NCBI GenBank assembly: GCA_045105115.1
Contig: JBGCDE010000054.1
Span: 13,313 to 77,312, forward strand
From: Pseudomonadales bacterium
GTDB lineage: Bacteria; Pseudomonadota; Gammaproteobacteria; Pseudomonadales; JAUIET01
Direction: 5' to 3'
Length of the DNA: 64,000 nt
Shown here: one piece after another, positions 10,639 to 21,442 of the stretch
Layout of the letters: each line of letters starts with the position of its first letter
Numbering within the stretch: position 1 is the stretch's first letter
Made by a program: the position numbers and the translations under genes
Notes under the pieces: generated by a model
The model's input: the letters and a program-made list of their open reading frames with translations, nothing else
Databases searched by the model: none
What the model was told of the DNA's origin: nothing

Positions 10639-12045
10639 GTGATCATTCCTGTTCTTCTTAGCGGTGGCGTTGGCAGCCGTCTTTGGCCAATTTCAAGACA
10701 ACTTTACCCCAAGCAGTTCCTGCCCTTGGTTGACGACGGCGTTTCCCTGTTGCAGGCAACCCATGCGCGAACCATACCTGTGGGTGGACACAGTCCTATT
10801 GTTGTGTGTAACGAAGAACACCGCTTTTTGGTTGCCGAGCAGCTGAAGACAGCGGGTGTTCGTAGTATGGATATTATTCTTGAGCCCTGTGGCAGAAATA
10901 CGGCGCCTGCTGCTGCTTTAGCAGCCATGTGCGCAGTAGAGCGTGATGAAAACGCCTTGATGCTGCTATTGCCTGCAGATCATGCCATCGCAATGCCCGA
11001 AGCGTTTGTAGAAGCGGTAGAAGCCGGCGAGAGTCGAGCTACCAAAGGCGACCTGGTAACGTTTGGTATAAGCCCTGAAGCGCCGGAAACGGGTTATGGC
11101 TATATTCATGCCAGTGCTGCAGATGCCAGCGGTTGTTGTGCGATCAAGCAGTTTGTGGAGAAACCCGATCTTCAGACAGCTGAGCAATATCTTGCTAAAG
11201 GTGACTACTACTGGAACAGTGGTATGTTTCTTTTTTCTGCTGCCAAGTATCTCGAAGAGTTGGAAAAACACGCTCCTGAATTGCTTAAGCAAAGCAAAGC
11301 AGCTTATGACGCGAGTATTCGTGATTTGGACTTTATACGCGTTAATGAAGAAGAGTTCGCAGCGTGCCCCAGCGATTCCATCGATTACGCAGTAATGGAA
11401 CACACCGACAACGGTGTAATGATTCCGCTGGATTGCGGTTGGAGTGATGTCGGTTCCTGGACCAGTTTATGGGATATTGGTGAACGCGACGCAGACAATA
11501 ACGTGAGTCGTGGCGATGTTATTCTGGAAGACGTTAGCAACAGTTATATTCATTCTGAGTCGAGGCTAACGGCCGCATTGGGCGTAAGTGACGTTGTTAT
11601 TGTTGAAACACCTGATGCCATTTTGGTGGCAGAGAAATCCAAAGTTCAAAATATCAAACTATTGGTTAATCAGCTTAAAGATACCCAGCGTGAAGAGGCC
11701 GAAGCCCATACCCGAGTTTATCGCCCTTGGGGTTCTTACGAATCCCTAGTTAATGCTGATCGTTTTCAGGTGAAGAGAATCATTGTTAATCCCGGACAGA
11801 CTTTGTCGCTGCAAATGCATCATCACCGAGCTGAGCACTGGATTGTTGTGAAAGGTAGCGCCACGGTAACTTGCGGGGAAGAGGAATTTATTCTCGGCGA
11901 AGATCAGTCAACCTACATTCCTTTGGGCAATAAGCACCGTTTGGCCAATCCAGGCGTTATTCCCCTGGAATTGATTGAAGTGCAAACGGGTAGCTATCTC
12001 GGAGAAGACGATATCGTGCGCTTCGAAGATGTCTACGGTCGCTAA
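10639..12045 (+). CDS. manC: Bifunctional mannose-1-phosphate guanylyltransferase / mannose-6-phosphate isomerase (type II)
   Basis: 468 aa. N-terminal nucleotidyltransferase motif GGVGSRLWPISR. C-terminal cupin HHHRAEHWIVVKG. Confidence 0.9.
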   Translation: MIIPVLLSGGVGSRLWPISRQLYPKQFLPLVDDGVSLLQATHARTIPVGGHSPIVVCNEEHRFLVAEQLKTAGVRSMDIILEPCGRNTAPAAALAAMCAVERDENALMLLLPADHAIAMPEAFVEAVEAGESRATKGDLVTFGISPEAPETGYGYIHASAADASGCCAIKQFVEKPDLQTAEQYLAKGDYYWNSGMFLFSAAKYLEELEKHAPELLKQSKAAYDASIRDLDFIRVNEEEFAACPSDSIDYAVMEHTDNGVMIPLDCGWSDVGSWTSLWDIGERDADNNVSRGDVILEDVSNSYIHSESRLTAALGVSDVVIVETPDAILVAEKSKVQNIKLLVNQLKDTQREEAEAHTRVYRPWGSYESLVNADRFQVKRIIVNPGQTLSLQMHHHRAEHWIVVKGSATVTCGEEEFILGEDQSTYIPLGNKHRLANPGVIPLELIEVQTGSYLGEDDIVRFEDVYGR

Positions 12046-12079
12046 TGACACATCGTCTGGAATTAATGGAAATACCTCA

Positions 12080-12904
12080 ATGTTAAGAAAATGCCTGTTC
12101 CCGGTAGCTGGTTATGGAACCCGCTTTCTACCTGCTACGAAGTCTATGCCCAAAGAAATGCTACCCGTGGTTAACAAACCCTTGGTGCAGTACGGCGTAG
12201 AGGAAGCCATTGACGCAGGGCTGACTGAAATTGGTTTTGTTACCGGGCGTGGTAAACGTGCAATTGCGGATCACTTTGATACAAGCTACGAGCTCGAGCA
12301 TCAAATTAGCGGTACAGCTAAAGAAAAGTATCTGACCAGCATACGAAAGGTGCTAGACGTGGGCACATTTTCTTCAACCCGGCAGCGCGAGATGCGCGGT
12401 CTGGGGCATGCGATTCTTACGGGTGAAACGCTAGTGGGCAATGAAGCCTTCGGGGTAATTCTCTCGGACGACTTATGTTTTAACCCGGACCATGGTGTGA
12501 TGGCACAAATGGTTGATTTGTATCGGCAGTTTCGCTGCAGTATTGTCGCTATTGAAGAAGTGCCAGCAAATGAAACCGACAAATACGGAGTGATTGCAGG
12601 CGATATCATTAAGGACGACTTGTATACAGTCACCGATATGGTGGAAAAGCCCTCTCCTGATCAGGCGCCGAGTAATCTTGCGATTATTGGTCGGTATATT
12701 CTTACACCGGATATTTTTGACATTCTTCGCGATATGCCGCCAGGAAAGAACAATGAAGTACAAATTACCGATGCTTTGCTGGTGCAAGCCAAAAGAGGTT
12801 GTGTAATGGCGTATAAGTTCAAGGGCAAACGCTTTGATTGTGGAAGTGTCCCTGGTTTTGTCGATGCCACAAACTATTACTACGAAAACGTCTACGAGGA
12901 ATAA
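12080..12904 (+). CDS. galU: UTP-glucose-1-phosphate uridylyltransferase
   Basis: Start moved to ATG 12080 ([29 protein letters not shown]). The tracked ORF start at 11975 overlaps manC. ATG 12029 is an alternative start. VEKP motif present. Confidence 0.9.
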   Translation: MLRKCLFPVAGYGTRFLPATKSMPKEMLPVVNKPLVQYGVEEAIDAGLTEIGFVTGRGKRAIADHFDTSYELEHQISGTAKEKYLTSIRKVLDVGTFSSTRQREMRGLGHAILTGETLVGNEAFGVILSDDLCFNPDHGVMAQMVDLYRQFRCSIVAIEEVPANETDKYGVIAGDIIKDDLYTVTDMVEKPSPDQAPSNLAIIGRYILTPDIFDILRDMPPGKNNEVQITDALLVQAKRGCVMAYKFKGKRFDCGSVPGFVDATNYYYENVYEE

Positions 12905-12911
12905 ACCGGTA

Positions 12912-14261
12912 ATGCAGGAACTTACATGCTTTAAGGCCTACGATGTACGCGGCCAAGTCCCATCCGAATTGAACGAAGATGTTGCATACCGTATCGGACG
13001 TGCTTATGCCGATGTTGTAAAACCAGGAAAAGTCGTTGTTGGCTATGATATTCGCCTAACAAGTCCGGCGATAAAAGCGGCACTTGCAAACGGGCTGCTT
13101 GACGCCGGTGTAAACGTGGATGATATCGGTCTGTGTGGTACAGAGCAGATATATCACGCAACATTTGCCGGAGGTTATGATGGCGGTATTGTGGTCACGG
13201 CCAGCCACAATCCTAAAGATTACAATGGCATGAAGTTCGTGCGTGAAGGCTCGAGGCCAATTAGTGGCGACACTGGCTTGTTCGATATAAAGGCATTGGC
13301 GGAAACACAAGATTTCTCGCCCGTTAATGACAATCGCGGTACGCTGACAGATGTAGATATGCGCGCGAAGTATACCGAGCATCTTTTGTCGTACATAAAC
13401 GTAGCACGGTTGAAGCCGTTGCGTGTAGTGGTTAACGCCGGCAATGGCGGCGCTGGGCTGGCGCTTGATCTGCTTGAAAAACATTTGCCCATAGAATTTA
13501 TCAAAGTGCATCATGAGCCCGATGGCGAATTCCCCAACGGTGTACCTAATCCTTTGCTGGAAGAAAATCGGCAACCCACTATTGATGCAATCAAATCGCA
13601 CAATGCAGACCTGGGTTTAGCCTGGGATGGCGACTTTGATAGATGTTTTTTCTTTGATGAAAATGCCAGATTCATAGAAGGTTATTACATAGTGGGTATG
13701 CTCGCTGACGCATTCCTAAGCGATGGCAGTAAGTCAAAGATTGTGCATGACCCTCGGCTGACATGGAACACCATCGAACTTACAGAGCAAAATGGTGGCC
13801 AGGCAGTACAAAGTAAAACTGGGCACGCGTTCATTAAAGAACGTATGCGTGAAGAGGATGCTGCTTATGGTGGCGAAATGAGCGCACACCATTATTTTAG
13901 GGACTTCGCTTACTGCGACAGCGGAATGATTCCCTGGTTGCTGGTTGTTGAGCAACTGTGCGTGAGCGGAAAGCGCTTAAGCGAAATGGTGAATGAACGT
14001 ATGAAGGCCTATCCAGTTAGCGGCGAAATCAATCGAACGATTGCAGATCCCGCCGCATTGCTGGCGATTGTTGAAGAGAAATACGCTTCTAATGCGTTAA
14101 CAGTTGAGCACGTAGATGGTCTCAGCGTCGAGTACGCGCAATGGCGTTTTAACCTTAGAATGTCAAATACCGAACCGGTTGTTCGCTTAAACGTTGAAAC
14201 CCGTGGCGATCAGCAATTGATGGAAGAAAAGCGCGACGAGTTGCTCGCACTGATGCAGTAA
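12912..14261 (+). CDS. manB: Phosphomannomutase/phosphoglucomutase (CpsG/ManB type)
   Basis: Start moved to ATG 12912 ([14 protein letters not shown]). Phosphoserine loop [13 protein letters not shown]. Metal site WDGDFDR. Confidence 0.92.
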   Translation: MQELTCFKAYDVRGQVPSELNEDVAYRIGRAYADVVKPGKVVVGYDIRLTSPAIKAALANGLLDAGVNVDDIGLCGTEQIYHATFAGGYDGGIVVTASHNPKDYNGMKFVREGSRPISGDTGLFDIKALAETQDFSPVNDNRGTLTDVDMRAKYTEHLLSYINVARLKPLRVVVNAGNGGAGLALDLLEKHLPIEFIKVHHEPDGEFPNGVPNPLLEENRQPTIDAIKSHNADLGLAWDGDFDRCFFFDENARFIEGYYIVGMLADAFLSDGSKSKIVHDPRLTWNTIELTEQNGGQAVQSKTGHAFIKERMREEDAAYGGEMSAHHYFRDFAYCDSGMIPWLLVVEQLCVSGKRLSEMVNERMKAYPVSGEINRTIADPAALLAIVEEKYASNALTVEHVDGLSVEYAQWRFNLRMSNTEPVVRLNVETRGDQQLMEEKRDELLALMQ

Positions 14262-14299
14262 GCCCGGCATTAGTTCAGGCCATGCCAGGCTGGTGTGGT

Positions 14300-15310
14300 C
14301 TAACTGATTTTGTAAAAGTCTTTATACCAATCAACGAAGTTAGCCACGCCTGTTTCGATAGACGTGGTAGGCCGATAGTCAACATCTTGGACTAAGGCGT
14401 CCACGTCGGCATAGGTATCTGGAACATCACCAGGCTGCAATGGCAGAAGATTCTTCTCAGCTTTTTTACCCAGACAGTCTTCAAGAACTTCAATATATCT
14501 CAGCAGTTCCACAGGATTGTTAGAGCCGATATTGTACAAACGGTAAGGACCTTTCGATGTGGCGGGGTCCGGAGTATCGCCACTCCATTGCGGGTTTATG
14601 GCCGCTACGTTATCCAGCGTTCGAGTAACACCTTCTACTATGTCATCTATATAGGTGAAATCTCTACGATGGTTCCCATAGTTAAACACATCAATCGGCT
14701 CACCTTCCAAAATCTTCTTGGTGAAGATGAACAGCGCCATGTCAGGTCTGCCCCACGGACCATAGACCGTGAAGAATCTCAGGCCGGTAGTGGGTAGTTG
14801 AAACAAATGACTGTAAGTATGCGCCATTAACTCGTTGGCCTTCTTGCTCGCCGCGTACAAGCTCACGGGATGATCAACATTGTTATGCACGGAGAACGGC
14901 ATCGCGGTGTTTGCGCCATACACTGAACTGCTTGATGCATAAACCAGGTTCTCAACCTTATTGTGGCGACAGCCTTCTAGTATATTGATGAAGCCTTGTA
15001 TGTTTGCGTCAATGTAGGCGTGCGGGTTAATCAGTGAATAACGAACGCCCGCTTGCGCAGCAAGATTCACGACTCGTTGTGGTTGATGCTGTTCGAAGAT
15101 GGCAGCCATACCTTCTTTGTCTTCGATACTAAGACGTACGTCAGTAAAATTGTCAAAGGCTTGGCAGCGCGCAAGACGGGCTTCTTTGAGATTAACATCA
15201 TAGTAGTCGTTGAGATTATCAACGCCAATAACCTCGTCGCCTCGCTCAAGGAGTTTGATCGCGAGCGTTGAACCAATAAAACCAGCGGTTCCAGTAACGA
15301 GAATCTTCAT
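14300..15310 (-). CDS. NAD-dependent UDP-glucuronate 4-epimerase-like protein
   Basis: 336 aa. GTAGFIGS Rossmann motif, [15 protein letters not shown], catalytic YAASKKANE (YxxxK). Confidence 0.85.
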   Translation of the reverse strand: MKILVTGTAGFIGSTLAIKLLERGDEVIGVDNLNDYYDVNLKEARLARCQAFDNFTDVRLSIEDKEGMAAIFEQHQPQRVVNLAAQAGVRYSLINPHAYIDANIQGFINILEGCRHNKVENLVYASSSSVYGANTAMPFSVHNNVDHPVSLYAASKKANELMAHTYSHLFQLPTTGLRFFTVYGPWGRPDMALFIFTKKILEGEPIDVFNYGNHRRDFTYIDDIVEGVTRTLDNVAAINPQWSGDTPDPATSKGPYRLYNIGSNNPVELLRYIEVLEDCLGKKAEKNLLPLQPGDVPDTYADVDALVQDVDYRPTTSIETGVANFVDWYKDFYKIS

Positions 15311-15356
15311 CTAATGTCCTTGGTTAAGAAATACTATCGGGAATTCTGAGAACTGC

Positions 15357-16628
15357 TTACAAACGGCCGTCAACGCCATCTTTGGGCAACAAATATTTGA
15401 CGTCATACAAGACATGTTCACCAAATCCAAATTTTCGAATGCCCTCAACACCAAGCTCTTCAAACTCTTTATGTCGCACGCAAAGAATAATAGCGTTGTA
15501 GTGATTTTCTCTAGGATTATCAACCATGCTGATGCCATAGCTTCGCTCAGCTTCCTCTCGGTCAACCCAAGGGTCGTAAACGTCTACATGAGAGTTGTAG
15601 CTACCCAGAGCCGAAATGATATCTACAACTCTGGTGTTCCTTACGTCTGGGCAATTTTCTTTAAACGCGAGGCCTAGAATCAACACTCTTGAGTCAACCA
15701 CATGAATTCGCTTCTTTGTCATCAGTTTAATAACACTGTCGGCAACGTGTTCGCCCATACCATCGTTAATGCGGCGTCCTGAAAGAATTACTTCAGGGTG
15801 ATAACCAATTTCCTGAGCCTTGTGGGTTAAGTAATAGGGGTCAACGCCAATACAATGTCCACCGACAAGTCCGGGTCTGAAGGGCAGGAAATTCCATTTA
15901 CTACCAGCTGCCTCGAGCACTTCGAGGGTGTCAATTCCCAAGCGACCAAAGATCAAAGACAGTTCATTGATCAATGCGATGTTCACGTCGCGTTGGGTGT
16001 TCTCAATCACTTTCGCAGCTTCGGCAACTCGAATGCTGCTCGCTCTATGGGTACCTACTGTGATCACCTTGCGATACAGCTGATCAATTCGCTCTGCGAT
16101 TTCAGGAGTCGAGCCAGAGGTTACCTTTACAATATTGTTTACACGGTGCTCTTTGTCGCCCGGGTTGATTCTCTCTGGAGAGTAACCGGCATAAAAATCG
16201 ATGTTGTACTCCAGCCCAGAGACGCGCTCTATGATTGGCAGGCATGCTTCCTCTGTACACCCCGGGTATACAGTGGACTCGTATATGACAATATCACCTT
16301 TGTTGATCACTCCGCCGATCATCTCGCTGGCTGATTCCAATGGTCGAAGGTTGGGGCGATGGTGCTTATCAATGGGCGTTGGAACGGTCACGATATAAAT
16401 ATTGCAGTCGCGCAGCTCCTCAGCATCTTCTGAAAACTGCAGCAACCTTGTATCTGCCAACTCTTCAGGCTCAATTTCCAGCGTACTGTCTACGCCGTCT
16501 TGCAATTCAGAAATTCTGGCGCTGTTTATGTCGTAACCAACAGTCGGCATCAGCCGACCAAATTCCACCGCTAATGGCAGGCCAACGTATCCCAGTCCTA
16601 TGATTGCTAATTTGTCGGGAGTGCTCAA
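15357..16628 (-). CDS. Nucleotide-sugar 6-dehydrogenase (TviB/WbpO-like UDP-N-acetylhexosamine dehydrogenase family)
   Basis: 423 aa. NAD site [17 protein letters not shown]. Catalytic Cys context [12 protein letters not shown]. Confidence 0.85.
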   Translation of the reverse strand: MSTPDKLAIIGLGYVGLPLAVEFGRLMPTVGYDINSARISELQDGVDSTLEIEPEELADTRLLQFSEDAEELRDCNIYIVTVPTPIDKHHRPNLRPLESASEMIGGVINKGDIVIYESTVYPGCTEEACLPIIERVSGLEYNIDFYAGYSPERINPGDKEHRVNNIVKVTSGSTPEIAERIDQLYRKVITVGTHRASSIRVAEAAKVIENTQRDVNIALINELSLIFGRLGIDTLEVLEAAGSKWNFLPFRPGLVGGHCIGVDPYYLTHKAQEIGYHPEVILSGRRINDGMGEHVADSVIKLMTKKRIHVVDSRVLILGLAFKENCPDVRNTRVVDIISALGSYNSHVDVYDPWVDREEAERSYGISMVDNPRENHYNAIILCVRHKEFEELGVEGIRKFGFGEHVLYDVKYLLPKDGVDGRL

Positions 16629-16868
16629 AGTAGTATCCTTAGATTACCGTGCGTATATGAGGTGCATATCACCTTAGTATAGACAAGCTGGGCGAAAATG
16701 ACGGTACATAGAAGTGCAAAGAATACCTCTGACGAGTTGAGTACTTTTTAAGTCATTTAACAATTCTACTGCCAGACGAGTGTTATTCTCTGGTTTCACA
16801 CCTATAATCTATGAAGTCTGAAACAGGCTACATCAGCACTTATCAGGACATGGAGCTACTTGGCCTGA

Positions 16869-18290
16869 ATGGCATACATAAGATTATTCAATCATTCCTT
16901 TCGCTTGCCGCCGGTTCTGGTTTTGCTGAGCGAATGGCTGCTGCTCGTTATTTCAGCATACGTCGGAATTTGGTTACGCTTTGGCGGCATTGAAAATCTA
17001 GATGGTGAGTTGACAGGAAATATCGCCTTTAAAGTCTTCACATTCGCATTTGTGCTGTCGCTTTGCACGCATGCTATGCGAGTTTACGAATCTGGATTGA
17101 GCGAGGGGCACACCGGAATACTGCTGCGTACCTTGGTGAGTTATTCCTTGCTTGGTTGCTCTGCTCTCACGATCATCTACTACATGATGCCTTCGCTTTA
17201 TTTGGGTCGCGGCGTATTGGCCATATCGGTTGCGGTTGCCATGGTGCTTGTATCAATTTTCAGGTTCTTTTATTTTCTTGGTATGGGTGATGCAAGATTC
17301 AAGCGGAATGTATTGGTTCTGGGTGCTGGTGAACGCGCGCAGCGAATAGAACGCAGAGTGTTTCAGCCAGATTTTCAGGGCAATATATCTATCGTTGGCT
17401 TTGTTCCGGTGAACACCAGTGAGCCGAGGATCAAGAGTGAACATTTGCTGGTTGATAAGCGATCACTATCGAAGCTCACTCTGGATTATGAGATTGACGA
17501 AATAGTTGTGGCTTTGGACGGCAGGCGACAAGGCGACGCAGGCTATTTCCCAGAGGCCGAGCTTCTGGAATGCAAGATGAGCGGCATCAGTGTTCTCGAG
17601 GCCATGGCATTTTATGAAAGAGAATTACAGTACGTGGAATTGAGCGAGTTGCGCGCAAGCTGGATGATTTACTCTGATGGTTTTAACTTCAATATCTTGC
17701 GAGACCTCCTGAAGCGTTTATTCGACATTGTTGTGTCGCTGGTTTTATTGGTTGTAATTTGGCCGGTCATTGTCATCGCCGCCATAGCAATCAAAGTGGA
17801 AGAAGGTCCGAAAGCGCCAATCTTATTCCGGCAAACTCGTGTGGGCGAGCGAGGCCGACAATTCGAACTGCTGAAAATGCGAAGCATGGTGACAAATGCT
17901 GAGAAAGATGGCGAGGCAAAATGGGCCGAACGTAACGACGTCAGAGTGACCAAAGTCGGCGCTATTATTCGAGATATCCGTGTTGATGAGTTACCGCAAA
18001 TTTACAATGTTCTTCGTGGTGAAATGAGCTTTATAGGTCCACGCCCTGAGCGTCCTGAATTTGTGGAATCATTCGTCGAGCAAATTCCATTCTATGAGTG
18101 CCGGCATTACTGCAAGCCAGGCCTGATGGGCTGGGCGCAGTTATGCTATCCATACGGTGCATCCATTGAAGATGCCGCGCAGAAGCTGCGTTATGATCTT
18201 TTCTATGTAAAAAATCATAGTTTGATGTTAGACCTGCGAATATTGGTGCAGACAATTGAAGTGGTTTTGATAGGGAAGGGTGTGCGTTAA
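16869..18290 (+). CDS. Polyprenyl-phosphate sugar-phosphate transferase (EpsB-like priming enzyme)
   Basis: 473 aa. N-terminal TM segments. C-terminal bacterial sugar-transferase motifs DELPQIYNVLRGEMSFIGPRPERPEF and KPGLMGWAQL. The N-terminus MAYIRLFNHSF resembles transferases of PEP-CTERM loci. Confidence 0.9.
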   Translation: MAYIRLFNHSFRLPPVLVLLSEWLLLVISAYVGIWLRFGGIENLDGELTGNIAFKVFTFAFVLSLCTHAMRVYESGLSEGHTGILLRTLVSYSLLGCSALTIIYYMMPSLYLGRGVLAISVAVAMVLVSIFRFFYFLGMGDARFKRNVLVLGAGERAQRIERRVFQPDFQGNISIVGFVPVNTSEPRIKSEHLLVDKRSLSKLTLDYEIDEIVVALDGRRQGDAGYFPEAELLECKMSGISVLEAMAFYERELQYVELSELRASWMIYSDGFNFNILRDLLKRLFDIVVSLVLLVVIWPVIVIAAIAIKVEEGPKAPILFRQTRVGERGRQFELLKMRSMVTNAEKDGEAKWAERNDVRVTKVGAIIRDIRVDELPQIYNVLRGEMSFIGPRPERPEFVESFVEQIPFYECRHYCKPGLMGWAQLCYPYGASIEDAAQKLRYDLFYVKNHSLMLDLRILVQTIEVVLIGKGVR

Positions 18291-18435
18291 TTGTACAAAT
18301 CAGGGCGCATCTAACTAATCGAATTGAAACAAGAGTTTTTTCGTAGCTCGTACATTGTTTTCCACGTCCAATAATACAAGCAATCTCAATTCGCTTGTCT
18401 ATACTGAAAAAAGTGAACAACTTTGAGATCGTTGT

Positions 18436-19047
18436 ATGAACACGCGCGTACTATTTATTATTTTTTCTTTTGCTCTTATCTCTTGTGGTGGGCAGTCAAA
18501 AGTCGTCGATGTACCTATTGAGGGTTTTAATTATTCTGAAGAGGAATATTTGATTGGCGTAGGCGACCAGCTTGACCTGCGAGTCTGGAGAAACCCTGAT
18601 TTGTCGGCTGAAGTGCCAGTGCGTCCAGATGGTCGAATTTCTGCACCCTTGGTTGGCGATGTTGAGGCTGCAGGGTTAACACCTGAAACCTTGGCGTCAC
18701 TGGTTGGTGAGAAGCTGGGACAATACATCAGAAACCCTCAGGTGACTGTGGTTGTGACGAATCCAAGCAGCTCTGATTACCAACAGCGAGTTCGCATCAC
18801 CGGTGCAATAGAAGACCCGGTGTCCTTGGCGTTTCGAGATGGTATGACTGTGTTAGATCTTGTTTTAGAAGCAGGTGGTCCTACTAAATTTGCTTTACCA
18901 AACAAAACCAAGTTGTACAGAAAAGTGAATGGCGAAACAAAAGTGTACCCAGTGTATCTGGACGACATTTTGAAGAAAGGCCGAGTATCAACCAATTATC
19001 CACTCAGTCCTTCAGATATTCTCACTGTGCCTGAGCGCGCACTGTAA
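18436..19047 (+). CDS. Short outer-membrane polysaccharide export (OPX) lipoprotein
   Basis: 203 aa. Signal peptide with lipobox LISC. Export motif DLRVWRNPDLS...VPVRPDGRISAPLVGDVEAAGLT plus one SLBB-like region. No long C-terminal helix. Confidence 0.85.
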   Translation: MNTRVLFIIFSFALISCGGQSKVVDVPIEGFNYSEEEYLIGVGDQLDLRVWRNPDLSAEVPVRPDGRISAPLVGDVEAAGLTPETLASLVGEKLGQYIRNPQVTVVVTNPSSSDYQQRVRITGAIEDPVSLAFRDGMTVLDLVLEAGGPTKFALPNKTKLYRKVNGETKVYPVYLDDILKKGRVSTNYPLSPSDILTVPERAL

Positions 19048-19092
19048 TTCGTATCGTGACTGATTCGCGCTTGGCTAAACGATTGACTCCTT

Positions 19093-20607
19093 ATGCATTC
19101 TAATATTATCGAAGATCGTGTTAAAGCGGTTGTAAGAGAACTCCATCTAAGAAAGACGGTTATCTGCATCTGTTTTACCATTATTAGTCTGCTGACTTTG
19201 GCAGTCGGTATTTTCATTCCAAAGCAGTACGAAACATCAACGGTGCTTTACGCGGATTTCAAGAACGTTATCAAGCCACTGCTTGATAACCAAACGTCTG
19301 TAACAACGATCAATCAGGCACAGGTTGCGAAGAAAGCGATTAATACCCGCCGAGTGATGATAGAGGTTGCAAAATCAGCCGGTATTATCACCGACGACCA
19401 ATCACAGTTTGCCCAAGCGCGCATTCTGGCTGTATTGCGTGAAGAGATCCAGATCGAAAGTAAAGGATCTAGCTATCTGGAAATTTCTTTTAAGCATTTC
19501 AATCCCGATACATCATTCAAGGTCGTTGACGAATTGGTTACAGTTTTTATGCGCGAAAGCGTTATGGCCAAAAGACGTGAAAGTACCGAGGCCTTTAATT
19601 TCATCGAAGGGCAAGTTAAAGAATACAAAAAACAGTTGAAGGCTGCTGAAGATCGCCTTAAAGAGTTTCAAGTTGGCAATAAAGACGGTACGCAAGGCAT
19701 GGTGGAGAACAGAGTCTCCAAGCTGCGTGGCGATGTTGAGAAGTTAAAGCTGGATATTGATGACGCTCATACGCGAAAGCGATCCATTGCGCGCCAACTT
19801 GCTGTTGAAGGTAAATTCGTTGCTCGCAGACACGTATCTGAAGAAGTAAGAGAGCGCCTGGCAGACGCCAAGCGTCGCTTGGATTCACTGTTGATTACCT
19901 TCACAGAAACACATCCTGATGTTGTGAGCTTGAGAAAGCAAGTAGAGGAAATGGAAAGCTCTTTGCAGGAAAATGAAGTTCAAGGTTTGTCTACTTTGAG
20001 TGCGCCACGCGGCAAGCAAGGAGTGGTAAACCCCTTATACGAAGAGCTGCGCAAACAATTAGCAGAAGCTGAGGTTGACCTTAAGGCAGCAACTCGTCGG
20101 AAGAATGCTACAGAGAATCTGCTAGAAGAAGAATACAATCGTCTTGAACGAATTATTGGTCGCGGTACCGATCTGCAAGAATATACACGCGATTATGACG
20201 TTACCAAAAAGATTTACGAAGACCTTTTGAATCGTAAAGAAAAAGCGCGCATGTCAATGACGTTGGACGCTGCTGGTCAGGGTGTTTCGTACAAGATTCA
20301 GGCTCCACCTGAATACCCTCTGTTGCCATCAGGTCTGAGAATGATCCATTTTTTGTTTATTGGTCCAATTCTGGGATTGATCATACCTCTAGGGCTGCTG
20401 TACTTGTTTATTGAACTTGATCCGCGGGTGCGGATGGCAAGCTCAATCGAAGACAAGCTGAAGCTGCCTTTGTTGGCTGTTATACCGCACGCGACTATGC
20501 CAATAAAGCAACGGCTTATTCGCCCTGATGTGATTCCGCTGATTGGCATGATGTTGTTTGTCATTGCTGTGTACGTGGTTGTAGCCGTTTATTATTTAGT
20601 TGACTAG
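19093..20607 (+). CDS. Polysaccharide chain-length determinant (PCP/GumC-like)
   Basis: 504 aa. N-terminal TM (ICICFTIISLLTLAVGIFIP), long coiled-coil centre, C-terminal TM segments. Confidence 0.85.
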   Translation: MHSNIIEDRVKAVVRELHLRKTVICICFTIISLLTLAVGIFIPKQYETSTVLYADFKNVIKPLLDNQTSVTTINQAQVAKKAINTRRVMIEVAKSAGIITDDQSQFAQARILAVLREEIQIESKGSSYLEISFKHFNPDTSFKVVDELVTVFMRESVMAKRRESTEAFNFIEGQVKEYKKQLKAAEDRLKEFQVGNKDGTQGMVENRVSKLRGDVEKLKLDIDDAHTRKRSIARQLAVEGKFVARRHVSEEVRERLADAKRRLDSLLITFTETHPDVVSLRKQVEEMESSLQENEVQGLSTLSAPRGKQGVVNPLYEELRKQLAEAEVDLKAATRRKNATENLLEEEYNRLERIIGRGTDLQEYTRDYDVTKKIYEDLLNRKEKARMSMTLDAAGQGVSYKIQAPPEYPLLPSGLRMIHFLFIGPILGLIIPLGLLYLFIELDPRVRMASSIEDKLKLPLLAVIPHATMPIKQRLIRPDVIPLIGMMLFVIAVYVVVAVYYLVD

Positions 20608-20622
20608 TTAATCAGATACATC

Positions 20623-21375
20623 GTGATGGAATCAAAGAAAACCTCAAACGAATCGAACCTGGTAGCACTTGATCGCGCCAATGTTCCTCCGTCTTCTCAT
20701 CAGTCGATTGACAAGATGGCCGAGATCAAAAGTCTCGATCAGGACGAGCTGCGTCGTCACAAAATCATTTATGCGGGCACCACAGACCGACCTTTACTGG
20801 ATGCATTTCGAAGTCTGCGAACTCGATTGGTTCAGCAAAGTGGCAATAAGAATTTTGTTGTTTTGATTTCTTCTGCGGCACGTGGTGGCGGTGGAAGCCT
20901 GGTAAGTCTGAACCTGGCGGCCGCTTTTGCTCTGGACTCAACGAAAACATCAGTGATAGTTGATTGTAATATTCTAGAGCCCAGGCTTGACTCCATGCTG
21001 AGTATTCCGCCTGACTACGGTCTTACCGACTACTTGCTGAATCCCGGCATCGCGATGGATGACATTATTTATTCGTCGGGTATTCCGCGCCTACGAATGA
21101 TTCCAGCGGGTACACGATCTGAGTTGGGGGCGGAACTGTTTTCTTCGAGTCGAATGGCTAACCTGATTTCTGGCTTACGGGAACGGTATGAAGATCGCTA
21201 TATCATTCTGGATGCACCCTCGATCGAAGCAAATGCCGAGGTGAGAATATTGTCTGAGCATTGTGACCAGGCTTTGATGGTTGTTCCTTATGGGAAGGTA
21301 ACCCAGTCCCAAATTCTTGGCGGCGTAGAGGTTCTTGGTGCAGACAAATTTGCCGGCGCGATATTCAACGACTAG
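20623..21375 (+). CDS. BY-kinase/MinD-fold protein with degenerate Walker A
   Basis: 250 aa. Walker A' VIVDCNILEPR and Walker B YIILDAPS are present. Walker A position reads SAARGGGGS (nt 20881-20898), with no Lys. No C-terminal Tyr cluster. Confidence 0.8.
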   Translation: MMESKKTSNESNLVALDRANVPPSSHQSIDKMAEIKSLDQDELRRHKIIYAGTTDRPLLDAFRSLRTRLVQQSGNKNFVVLISSAARGGGGSLVSLNLAAAFALDSTKTSVIVDCNILEPRLDSMLSIPPDYGLTDYLLNPGIAMDDIIYSSGIPRLRMIPAGTRSELGAELFSSSRMANLISGLRERYEDRYIILDAPSIEANAEVRILSEHCDQALMVVPYGKVTQSQILGGVEVLGADKFAGAIFND

Positions 21376-21442
21376 TCGGCTTTGGCTTAGACGCGCGTGA
21401 ATGACGCTTACGCAGGCAGCTGAAGTATATGAGGTATTGACC

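Noticed and set aside
16629-16868. Island boundaries (16629-16868 and 49467-49577) as mobile-element junctions.
   Set aside because: I saw no integrase or transposase gene, no tRNA or tmRNA target, and no direct repeats at the two ends. Horizontal acquisition remains possible but the sequence features I could read do not support it.
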